Origin: a virus
Taxonomy: Duplodnaviria > Caudoviricetes
DNA length: 46,271 bases
Strand: one strand, 5' to 3'
IMG/VR virus record: IMGVR_UViG_3300038673_000984
Span: 1-46,271 of that record
Below the pieces are notes generated by a model. That model had not been told where the DNA came from. It worked only from the letters and a program-made list of their open reading frames with translations, and searched no databases. Both the position numbers and the translations under genes were made by a program. Below are positions 26,063 to 34,477 of this stretch, piece after piece; position 1 is the first letter of the stretch, and every line of letters begins with the position of its first letter.

Positions 26063-27981
26063 TAACGGCTTATCCAATTTGACCGGTCGCCGATCCATGA
26101 TCCGGGCTGATGCTCTTGTTTTTCTTCTTGCTGTGCCGGGGTTGCCGGTGATGTCGGCCTGACGAGCAGATTAAGGTAAAGCATTTGCGCGGCGGCTATC
26201 TGTAAATATTCGCAGTCCCAATAATCTACGCGAGCCGATGCAGATACGGGTTGCCATGTTTCCGACTTTATTTTGCCGGTCTTAGCGTCGCGTATCGGCG
26301 TTTTTTTCTCATTCACCATTTGGTTTAAATAAGATTGTGATGGATCTTTATGTATATGCCATTGATTTTTAGCGCTTTCCTGGGCATGGATAAAATTATG
26401 CAACCGGTCTTTAAAGAAGTTACTGTCTACGTGCCAAAGATCTATTCCTCCGGGGATTGGTTTTCCGGTATCGGGGAATTTATCGATCTTTCTTACGACG
26501 AACATCTGACCATGAAGGGTTTCCCGCCCTTTTATGGCCCGGCATCGATCGGGGTGCTTGTGGCAAAAGTCGTATACTTCTGCTGTTCGATGGCCGCCGC
26601 TGTCTATCAATACCAGGCGTACGTGCATTGTAGACCCGTCTGCTTTTCGATATCCTGTATTGAGCACGATCAGTTCTATATCCTCCCACGTGCCGTAAAT
26701 ATGCTCTTCTTTTATAAGCCATGATTCCATGTCATACCCCCAAGCGCGGATCGTGAGATAATAGCTGTCATTATCTTGCGTGTCGATCGTGGCAAGGAGC
26801 ACCAGGGCGCCATCGGGGACAACTTCGCGTTCATAATCGGTGCAGCGCTTTTTGATGGCTTCTGTTTTGGTTTCTTTGGTGCGCTCTTCCCATACTTCGG
26901 CAAGCCAGGAGTTGATAAAGTTCATGAGTTTTGGCGGATCATTGCAAACTTCGAACCATTTGGCAATGATGTCGGAAAAGGTGAGCCAGGGCGAATATAG
27001 AGCGTTAAGCCAGAAGCCGGCGCGGTCGGTTATAGGGATCTCTCCGTGAATGACTCCTTCTTTATCGATCGTGCATCCTTTAGGGACCCATTTGCCTTTT
27101 AAAAGCATTTCATGTTTATGCCTGTCCAGGATCTTTTCGCCGCATTCTTCGCATTCGTACCAGGCCAGCTTTAGCATGCGGATTTTGTCGGAGTCGCGTT
27201 CGCCTTCGGGGACTTTTATTTGTTTTTTAAGCAAGACCTGGTGATGGCCGCAATGCGGGCAGGGAACATAGAATTTACGCTGGTCGGTCTTTTCATAGGC
27301 TTTATGGATGTAGCCTTCTTTGGTGGTGGGCGTTGATACGTCTACCGCCTTGCAGATGTCTTTAAAAGTTCGAAGGCGCTCGTTTGAGAGCTCAACCGGA
27401 TCGGCTTCTTTTCCGGAAAACCGGGGCCATTTGTCGAGCTCGTCACGTAACATATAACGTACGGCGCGGGACGACAGGCGCGCGGGGCTTCCGGCCCAAA
27501 GGATGTGCAGTCGCATGCGGTCTAACCGGATCCCGCGCTTGTTCATGTCGTCTTTATTAGATGATAGTTTTTTGATCAGGTCGTCAGCCAGGTTAAACAT
27601 AGGCTGTATACGTTCAACGCAGAACTCTTTGACTGTATCTTCGTCAGGACCTATCCAGGCGGCCGGTCCGGGATCTTCATCTGCGGCCCACCCCAACATA
27701 TTGAGCATGCTTTCGGTCTTGCCGACTTGCGTGCTGAACATCATGACGATCTGGCGGATATTGGGATCGCTGAAGGCGTCCATAGGGCCCTGCAGGTATG
27801 GCGTGAACGATGTCTGCCATTGGCCGCTCATGGCAGAGCTTTCAGGCAAAATGCGCTTCGTGTCAGCCCATTGAGTGACGGTGCTTTTTTCCTCTACTTC
27901 AAACTCTTTCCATAAAGATTTTTTAAGATCTTTAACAATCCGGTCGAATTCAAAATCTAGTTCAGCAACTGCGTCAGGCAT
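26062..27981 (-). CDS. Terminase large subunit, GpA family
   Basis: STQVGKTE Walker A, RDELD Walker B, STPT, VPCPHCG, IDSGG. Confidence 0.95.
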   Translation of the reverse strand: MPDAVAELDFEFDRIVKDLKKSLWKEFEVEEKSTVTQWADTKRILPESSAMSGQWQTSFTPYLQGPMDAFSDPNIRQIVMMFSTQVGKTESMLNMLGWAADEDPGPAAWIGPDEDTVKEFCVERIQPMFNLADDLIKKLSSNKDDMNKRGIRLDRMRLHILWAGSPARLSSRAVRYMLRDELDKWPRFSGKEADPVELSNERLRTFKDICKAVDVSTPTTKEGYIHKAYEKTDQRKFYVPCPHCGHHQVLLKKQIKVPEGERDSDKIRMLKLAWYECEECGEKILDRHKHEMLLKGKWVPKGCTIDKEGVIHGEIPITDRAGFWLNALYSPWLTFSDIIAKWFEVCNDPPKLMNFINSWLAEVWEERTKETKTEAIKKRCTDYEREVVPDGALVLLATIDTQDNDSYYLTIRAWGYDMESWLIKEEHIYGTWEDIELIVLNTGYRKADGSTMHVRLVLIDSGGHRTAEVYDFCHKHPDRCRAIKGRETLHGQMFVVRKIDKFPDTGKPIPGGIDLWHVDSNFFKDRLHNFIHAQESAKNQWHIHKDPSQSYLNQMVNEKKTPIRDAKTGKIKSETWQPVSASARVDYWDCEYLQIAAAQMLYLNLLVRPTSPATPAQQEEKQEHQPGSWIGDRSNWISR

Positions 27982-28580
27982 TAAAATTTACCTTTTGCAA
28001 ATTCGGTTAATATCGCATTTATTTGAGTTTCCATTGTATGCCGTATCTCAACAGTTGTTAATCCTTCCAGCTGCGGCGCCAGCTGCCTTGGCATTCCCAG
28101 GATCTTTTTTTTAAATGCACGAACCAAACTCTTCAATGTTTCTTCCGCGGCCGCGCGTGGAATCACTTCCTCCATTGCTTTCTTAAGATCGATCTCAGCC
28201 AGCTTTGCTTTATATTCCCGGTATTTATTCTCCCAATTTTCAGCGATCGCTTCTGCTGACTTTTTACTTTTTGCCCCTGGCTTTCTTAAAAACTTCCATG
28301 CCTGGATCTCTTTAATGTCATACTTGCCGTTCTTCATCACGGGCATACCATCACGGACCCAATTTTGCACAGTCCGCACAGATACGCCGAAAACATGCGC
28401 TACTTGATCTTGATTGTCTACCGTGCCAGGATTAGGTTGTCCATTCTCATAATCGACAAGCTCCTTAATCTCTGATTTTGTCGGCGCTTCCCCTTTGTGT
28501 AATTTTTCGAGTATTTTTACATGCCGTCTTTTTCGGGCCATTTCAACAATATTGGGTTTTTGTGGTTTATCATTATTCAT
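27981..28580 (-). CDS. Terminase small subunit (Nu1-like)
   Basis: VAHVFGVSVRTVQNWVRDGMP winged HTH plus coiled coil; coupled to terL. Confidence 0.88.
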   Translation of the reverse strand: MNNDKPQKPNIVEMARKRRHVKILEKLHKGEAPTKSEIKELVDYENGQPNPGTVDNQDQVAHVFGVSVRTVQNWVRDGMPVMKNGKYDIKEIQAWKFLRKPGAKSKKSAEAIAENWENKYREYKAKLAEIDLKKAMEEVIPRAAAEETLKSLVRAFKKKILGMPRQLAPQLEGLTTVEIRHTMETQINAILTEFAKGKF

Positions 28581-28836
28581 GGCATACTATGGGCAGGTTG
28601 TTCCCGCGGTCGAAAAAAGCACCATGTTATGCCATGGATGTGGGTGCCGGTTTGAGTTCCAGCTCAGCCGGCTCCCCGATCGCAATAATTTATTTTATAT
28701 ATTTACCAGAGTTGGCCGCAGCCATGATTCGCAGCGCCGCATTCTTCACAAGTTTTCTTACAGATCCCGTTCGGATTGCGGATCTCGTCCTTATTGGTAT
28801 CCGCTTTATCTTCCGGACAGGCTTTCTTAGGTTGCT

Positions 28837-29220
28837 TTAACTTTTTATCCAATCTTCACCGTTCCAGATCTTGTTAAACTTCTCTCTCATTACGAAAGCA
28901 AGCCAGAGCTGTTCCATTGTTTTAAAAATATGTCTATTATAAAAAGCTGCGCTATTTATCTTTTTATAAAAAATGTCGCCAAAATGCATGCAAGCTGTTA
29001 ATAAGCCGTGAGCAGATACATGGGCTTTATACCATATCATATCCTGCAGCTGATCCTGCCGGGGAAGCCAGATACATTCTTTCTTAGGATTTCCAGAAAT
29101 AAAAAGACAATAATCGCTTTTAAAGTTTTTAATATGGTAATAATCTCCAAACAATAACCAATTTCTTTGTATCTCCACCGCCTTTTCACACATCTTTATA
29201 TATTCTTTTGAAATATCCAT
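28837..29220 (-). CDS. Conserved-looking phage hypothetical protein
   Basis: WLPRQDQLQ and MEQLWLAFVM motifs; AAGGA RBS. Confidence 0.7.
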   Translation of the reverse strand: MDISKEYIKMCEKAVEIQRNWLLFGDYYHIKNFKSDYCLFISGNPKKECIWLPRQDQLQDMIWYKAHVSAHGLLTACMHFGDIFYKKINSAAFYNRHIFKTMEQLWLAFVMREKFNKIWNGEDWIKS

Positions 29221-29240
29221 CTTATTCCTTTCAATACACT

Positions 29241-29345
29241 GTTCTAGCCGGCAGGTTGTATCCGAGCCAGATCCGACACCAAGCGGTGACTACGGGGCTT
29301 ATGACACTCGGCATTATTGATATAGCACGCCTTACCGGCTAAAAC
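29241..29345 (-). ncRNA. Candidate structured intergenic RNA
   Basis: Closing stem GTTTTAGCCGGTAAGG / CCTGCCGGCTAGAAC with inner CCGAG/CTCGG helix. Confidence 0.4.
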
Positions 29346-29354
29346 TGTTATTTG

Positions 29355-29522
29355 CTACCACCATATATCGGTAAAACCTTCTTCAAAATAATATATAAAT
29401 GATCTCCTTACATATTTGCTGTCTGCCCAATCTTCAACTGTAGCTAATAAGGAAATCGGTATCAGCAGCAATGTAAAACAAATCCTTATAAACAACCCTA
29501 CTATCTTCTTTAAATATTTCAT
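29355..29522 (-). CDS. 55-aa membrane peptide (absent from ORF track)
   Basis: GAGGAG RBS, ATGA coupling, IVGLFIRICFTLLLIPISLLA. Confidence 0.5.
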   Translation of the reverse strand: MKYLKKIVGLFIRICFTLLLIPISLLATVEDWADSKYVRRSFIYYFEEGFTDIWW

Positions 29523-29749
29523 GACAGCTCCTCGGTTAAGCGACTAAGTCTTTTAAGTCTTTTCATTTCTCTTTTTGCTTCGGCTTTGGTAAGTTTATAT
29601 TCCTTTTCTGCTTGAGTTTGCGGTGGATCTTCCGGGTAATATTCCGGATAGCGTTTATATTCACGGTGGAAGGTGGATCCGGATGAGTATGAATTTATAA
29701 AAGTATAAGCAAATAAGGAAAACAATAATGATTTGTTTATTTTTGACAT
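29519..29749 (-). CDS. Hypothetical protein
   Basis: 76-aa ORF coupled to neighbours. Confidence 0.55.
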   Translation of the reverse strand: MSKINKSLLFSLFAYTFINSYSSGSTFHREYKRYPEYYPEDPPQTQAEKEYKLTKAEAKREMKRLKRLSRLTEELS

Positions 29750-30411
29750 GGGAATTCCTTGATCTTTGTATGGTATTGATAATTATCTTTTACCCATACT
29801 GGAAGACCTAACCGCCTGGCGTTTTGAATGATATCGTCCAGCCATTCATTTTGGGGTTTAGCGGCGCCGGCGTTGGAATCAGCACCTACTATGATCCAGT
29901 CAACAAGCGGCATATATCCATTTAACGGCTCAAGTAATGGCTCGATACTTACAAACATTTTGATCTGTTGAGCGGCTCCCCAATAGGTAAAATCAACGGA
30001 CCTTAATTCTGATACTCTACGTTGATCCTTGTATGAATTGATCGTGGTCCCTAACCAGCAGTTAGAAGTAAAGTAGAAATCTTTATAACGCTTTGGATTT
30101 TTTGTTAAGAATTGAAAGGTGTGTTCCGGATGCTGCGCGACAACCTTTAAAACCTGCAGGATCCATTCTTCCGGCACCCAGTCGCCGAATAGATCTCCGG
30201 TGCTGACTACGAATATTTTCGACGGCTTTTTAAGCGATCCGATCTCGTCCAGGCGTTTCGGATGGAAAGTCGGCGTCATACTGTATCCAAACCGTTTGGT
30301 AAGCCGGCGCACGTAACAATACGAACATCCATGCTTGCAACCCGTCACTGGGTTCCAAGTATAATCCGTCCAATCAATTTTTGCGGGTCCTTGTTTATTC
30401 AGCATGGGCAT
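29737..30411 (-). CDS. DUF5131 (Gp37/Gp68) radical-SAM-like protein
   Basis: IDWTDYTWNPVTGCKHGCSYCY, GDLF, FLTKNP, SIEPLL, DWIIVG. Confidence 0.88.
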   Translation of the reverse strand: MPMLNKQGPAKIDWTDYTWNPVTGCKHGCSYCYVRRLTKRFGYSMTPTFHPKRLDEIGSLKKPSKIFVVSTGDLFGDWVPEEWILQVLKVVAQHPEHTFQFLTKNPKRYKDFYFTSNCWLGTTINSYKDQRRVSELRSVDFTYWGAAQQIKMFVSIEPLLEPLNGYMPLVDWIIVGADSNAGAAKPQNEWLDDIIQNARRLGLPVWVKDNYQYHTKIKEFPCQK

Positions 30412-30694
30412 CTTCCTCTTTTTCTTCAACCTCTAATACATCACAATCATCAAGTTCCATGTCTGTATAATCGATCTCCTCCCGGGCTTTCTCTTCCGCT
30501 TCCTCACGGCTGTCAGCTCTTACCCTCACCGTACATGTCCCAGATACAGAAAAAGTAACTTCCCATAACTTCAGCTGCTGTTCTTCTTCCATCATCGCTT
30601 GAAACCGTTCATACTCTCTAACAACGGTAATATGCTCAATGTTGCCAAATTCTGGTTTTACTTTGCCTGTCTTTAAATCTTCAAAAGTAACCAT
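30395..30694 (-). CDS. Acidic hypothetical protein
   Basis: 99 aa; VRADSREEAEEKA motif common in small phage proteins. Confidence 0.65.
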   Translation of the reverse strand: MVTFEDLKTGKVKPEFGNIEHITVVREYERFQAMMEEEQQLKLWEVTFSVSGTCTVRVRADSREEAEEKAREEIDYTDMELDDCDVLEVEEKEEDAHAE

Positions 30695-30758
30695 ATTACC
30701 CCTTATTTATCCCTGCAGTTATTGCATTCCTCATCGGTTTGCCTGCAAGGATTTAACC

Positions 30759-31022
30759 TTATTTTCTATACCAGAAATTCCCAGGCACCTGACCATAAAT
30801 TGATTTATGTGCCACGGAAGTTCTGCGTTCGATCTGGCGTCCGTAACTGTCTTCCTTTGTAGTATCGCCAGAAACGAACACAAGATTGCAGCAGGTCAAG
30901 CCCCAAGGCGCAGTAACTAAAGCGTCGTGCTCGACTCCAACCTCGTCAACAAAGACGATGTGCTCACCAGCAAACGGGAGAGCAGTAGGTGTTTTCATCT
31001 GTTCTTCTGTCATTTTTTTCAC
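30759..31022 (-). CDS. Hypothetical protein
   Basis: 87 aa, AGGAGG RBS; NLVFVSGD..DSYGRQIER.TSV.H. Confidence 0.65.
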   Translation of the reverse strand: MKKMTEEQMKTPTALPFAGEHIVFVDEVGVEHDALVTAPWGLTCCNLVFVSGDTTKEDSYGRQIERRTSVAHKSIYGQVPGNFWYRK

Positions 31023-31031
31023 CTCCTTTCT

Positions 31032-32324
31032 TTATTTTAATAACTCAGCTTTTTTCCCAGTAAATTCTTCCCATCTGCGTACAGCGACATCACAGAACAC
31101 AGGCTCCAATTCCATAGCAAAGCACCGGCGATTCACACGCTCAGCTGCGATAATCTGCGATCCGGATCCGCTGAATGGCTCATAGCAGATGTCTCCGGGA
31201 TTTGTATGTACACGCATTGGAATAGCGAATATTTCCGTTGGTTTGACGGTTGGATGATCAAGGCCGTTATTGCGTTTCTTTCCTTCCCAATCAACTTCCC
31301 ATAGATCAGCGTAGTATTCAGGGCTTTCAGGATCGCCGGACCGTAAAATATCGATGGTCCAAACGGATCCTATCTTTTTGCGGGAAGGACGAAAGAACGG
31401 TTTACTGCCTTTGCGCCAGCCGAACAAGCAAGGCTCATGGCGCCAGGGATAAACCGAATAGGTCAATACGGTGCAAGGCTTTACCCAGATAATGCGCTGA
31501 TGCATTAAGATATTCAGTTCTTCAAATAAATCGGTAAGCAATCTAAAACGGCGATCTGCGTGCCAAATATATATAGCAGCTTTCTCATTAGCGATTGATA
31601 AGGCTGCTGTCAAAAAGCCATGGAAGAACCCCCGTGCGTCTTTTATATCCACTTCATGATAAGAGTCAGACCAATCCTTCCCGCCATTCGGCCGGTCCGC
31701 TCCGGTGTAATCAACCAAGTAAGGTGGATCAGTTGCCAGAAGCTGAGCTTTATTCCCATCCATTAATCGCGCGACATGCTCCGGATTAGTGCTATCACCG
31801 CATAGCAATCGATGATTGCCAAGGATCCACAAATCGCCTGGCTTCGTTATTGTTTCCTTAGGCGCGGCCGGGATATCATCCGGTAAAGTCTTCCCGGTAT
31901 TTTCTTCTTCATATTGCTCAAGATCTTCGCGAGCCTCGCGCAAACGCAGTTCAATATAATCCTCCGGCATTTCATTGCGTAAGCGTTCCAGGATGGGTAC
32001 CAGAGCAGCAGTAAAGTAACCGGCAATCTGCTGATTGTTCAAAGTTATAGCCAACGCCTGCTGCGCTAAATCATCAAGATCAACTACAACACAAGGAACA
32101 ACTTCGATACCATCACGCTGCAAAATATGCAACCGCTGGTGTCCGGAAATAACCTGCATGTTCCGTTTGTTTACTACGATCAAGTCAACATAACCGAAGC
32201 GCTCCAAACTTTTTTGCAAACCTTCCATTGCTTCAGATTCAATGCCGCGGGGATTTTCTTCCCAAGGCTTTAAAGACGCAATTTGCAGATTTAAAATTTC
32301 GGGTTGCGTGTTAATTTTTGCCAT
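31032..32324 (-). CDS. ParB-N fused DNA N6/N4 methyltransferase
   Basis: N-terminal NPR..SGHQR; TDPPY, HPTVKP and EPFSGSGS motifs. Confidence 0.92.
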   Translation of the reverse strand: MAKINTQPEILNLQIASLKPWEENPRGIESEAMEGLQKSLERFGYVDLIVVNKRNMQVISGHQRLHILQRDGIEVVPCVVVDLDDLAQQALAITLNNQQIAGYFTAALVPILERLRNEMPEDYIELRLREAREDLEQYEEENTGKTLPDDIPAAPKETITKPGDLWILGNHRLLCGDSTNPEHVARLMDGNKAQLLATDPPYLVDYTGADRPNGGKDWSDSYHEVDIKDARGFFHGFLTAALSIANEKAAIYIWHADRRFRLLTDLFEELNILMHQRIIWVKPCTVLTYSVYPWRHEPCLFGWRKGSKPFFRPSRKKIGSVWTIDILRSGDPESPEYYADLWEVDWEGKKRNNGLDHPTVKPTEIFAIPMRVHTNPGDICYEPFSGSGSQIIAAERVNRRCFAMELEPVFCDVAVRRWEEFTGKKAELLK

Positions 32325-32410
32325 GTTTTTTAACCATTTTCTCGTATACAAAGGTTGTTTTTGTTAATTCTTAAAATATGAACACGAAATACCAAAAAAA
32401 GATTTTTCAA

Positions 32411-32725
32411 TCACTGACCTCCCGGGCGCTTGCCGACCCGCATAGCCCCACCGGGGGTGGAAGGACCCGCGGCCCTCGCCCCTGTGGATATCCTGTTAAT
32501 ATCCTCGACGGGACGCTGAACCGGGCCGATCGCGCTGAGATCTCGCAACACCTGGTCCAACTGGCTCTGGTCTGTAGCAACTGAGCGCCAGAAGTTGCGT
32601 CGGTACTTACGGGTGAAGCCAGCTTGCACGAATGCATAGTCTAATCCTCTTAACACCACCACCGCTGAACGGATTCGATTGCGTGCTTTATGTGTTTTCC
32701 AGGCACTTATTAACTTACCGAACAT
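32411..32725 (-). CDS. Hypothetical protein overlapping cos
   Basis: GGAGG RBS before ATG 32725; basic protein. Confidence 0.55.
   Translation of the reverse strand: MFGKLISAWKTHKARNRIRSAVVVLRGLDYAFVQAGFTRKYRRNFWRSVATDQSQLDQVLRDLSAIGPVQRPVEDINRISTGARAAGPSTPGGAMRVGKRPGGQ
32421..32468 (-). other. Lambda-type cos site (cosQ plus cosN)
   Basis: GGGTCCT, 23 nt, GGTCGGCAAGCG, CCCGGG; lambda has GGGTCCT, 23 nt, GGGCGGCGACCT, CGCGGG. Confidence 0.75.
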
Positions 32726-32900
32726 GGATAAACCTCCCAATTAAGTTAAATAACTTGATATACCAAGGCGCATGAATCGCGAATAAGATACGATCACGTT
32801 TCTTCTTTGCTTTACGTAACCCATGCTGCTTCTTAGCATTTCTATTCTTGCGTGCTGCGTTACGGCTTATAAATTTCATTCATCATTCCTCTTTTACATT

Positions 32901-32988
32901 TCATACGTTTGCCTTTTGTTTTGGTAAAACGCTTATATCGAGAATCACGCGGACAATTTCACTGCTGAATTATCGGGCGTTCTTTCAT
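32901..32988 (-). pseudogene. Frameshifted remnant of an MKERPILF-type phage gene
   Basis: MKERPI then shifted frame SSEIVRVILD and early stop. Confidence 0.5.
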
Positions 32989-33387
32989 TTAATCCTTCAC
33001 TTTCCGTGCGTCTTTCCCATCGTACTCACGTTGGATATCTATTTCATAAATGCCTTTCGGCATATCAATGGGCCCATGCTCCGGATGAATAACTTTGCAG
33101 CCGGCTTCGGCTTCCAGGATCATCACGCCCTTTTTCTTCGGGTCCTCGTACAGCTTGCCGTTTATTACTTCATGCATGTGACCGGTAGTCTCGCCCTCGA
33201 TAATGATATTGTCGGTCTTGTGCCGCATATTCTTCTGCCAGCCTTTAGGAAACCGGCGTTTAGCGTCATCCTTACTTACGCCAAACATCAAAACATCACC
33301 CTGCCTATAGTTTTTAGCCTCCACAATTAACCTCCTCTTAGGTCTCTTTCTCGAATTTGATCGCTTTTCGCGGATCATCCACGCCAA
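32989..33387 (-). CDS. Conserved hypothetical protein (RQGDV / GETTGH.H / HPEH family)
   Basis: YRQGDV, EGETTGHMHEV, HPEHGPI, QREY; true start probably nearer the GAGGAGG RBS at about 33324. Confidence 0.75.
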   Translation of the reverse strand: MAWMIREKRSNSRKRPKRRLIVEAKNYRQGDVLMFGVSKDDAKRRFPKGWQKNMRHKTDNIIIEGETTGHMHEVINGKLYEDPKKKGVMILEAEAGCKVIHPEHGPIDMPKGIYEIDIQREYDGKDARKVKD

Positions 33388-34477
33388 AGGTCCATTGCCG
33401 GGCCTGTTCGCACTTATTCAACTTGGTCTTTTTCCCGCAATCCCAAACAAAGTCCGGGACACCCAGGTAATAGAATTGCTTTGTTGTCGGGCATTTAACT
33501 CTGAGAATACGAAGGCGGGATTTGTTGCTGCCGTTTCCGTCATCAACAGCGATCGGGAACTCCATCAAAAGCATGTTCCTTTTTTTATCCTCATGGATAA
33601 CAGTATTGCGGTATTCTTTAGCGATCCTCTCCGGACCGATCTTTTTAAGCAGGGCAGCGCGTAGCTGGGCGTTTTTCAACTTAAGTACTTGATCAACCTT
33701 AAGTTTCTCTGCTGGAGTTTCATATAACTTCTTACTTACCGGAATACCATCTAAGAACACACACGGACGGCCGTTAATGACCCATTCTCCAACACGCTGG
33801 TTATTCCGGTATTCTCCGCTTGTTTTCACGCGGTTACGGCTATCGTAAAATATAAACCGGCAATTGCCGTCTTTTGAGTAATCAAACTGCCTTGCCGCTG
33901 ACTCTCTATCTATTTTTTGTGAATTGTCCAGCTTGAAATAAACCTTACCGAGACAGCACCCATGCCGAATGTTTTGATAACTCTGGTATTCTTCGGAAGT
34001 CGATCTTGTTGAAAATCCTCCCGGACAACTTATAACAGCTGCAATCTTTCCATCAGGCCGCTTAACTGTAACTTCTTTATCACAATGGCGCATCTTAAAG
34101 GCCAGGCGTCGATTGCTATACCGAAATTCTTGCGCCATGAATCGGCCACGTGAATATCGGCTTATACATTTTCCGGTATCGCCAAATAAAACCTGGTCAT
34201 GACGCTCACAAATGCCATGTAACGAACGTTTTGTGTCCGGATGATACCGCAATATAACTTTCCCTCTGGCCTGCTTTAAAAAACGCCCAAGATGTTCATG
34301 TTCCTTAACCTTACCGTTATGAATTAATTTATGCCCGCATATTTTTCTGTCTTCTACGAAGATGATGTATTTTGATCCATTTTTACAGTTAACTACTACG
34401 TTACCGTCTGACTCCAAATAATGAGTTTCAATGCCGTCTGAAATGCGAAAATGGCAATAATAATATCCCGAAAACAT
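33338..34477 (-). CDS. Hypothetical protein with DUF6745-like C-terminus
   Basis: NAQLRAALLKKIG..VKCPTT..YYLGVP..ARQWTFG. Confidence 0.65.
   Translation of the reverse strand: MFSGYYYCHFRISDGIETHYLESDGNVVVNCKNGSKYIIFVEDRKICGHKLIHNGKVKEHEHLGRFLKQARGKVILRYHPDTKRSLHGICERHDQVLFGDTGKCISRYSRGRFMAQEFRYSNRRLAFKMRHCDKEVTVKRPDGKIAAVISCPGGFSTRSTSEEYQSYQNIRHGCCLGKVYFKLDNSQKIDRESAARQFDYSKDGNCRFIFYDSRNRVKTSGEYRNNQRVGEWVINGRPCVFLDGIPVSKKLYETPAEKLKVDQVLKLKNAQLRAALLKKIGPERIAKEYRNTVIHEDKKRNMLLMEFPIAVDDGNGSNKSRLRILRVKCPTTKQFYYLGVPDFVWDCGKKTKLNKCEQARQWTFGVDDPRKAIKFEKET

Noticed and set aside
26350-28114. Multiple plus-strand ORFs within terL
   Set aside because: Antisense shadows in a GC-richer gene
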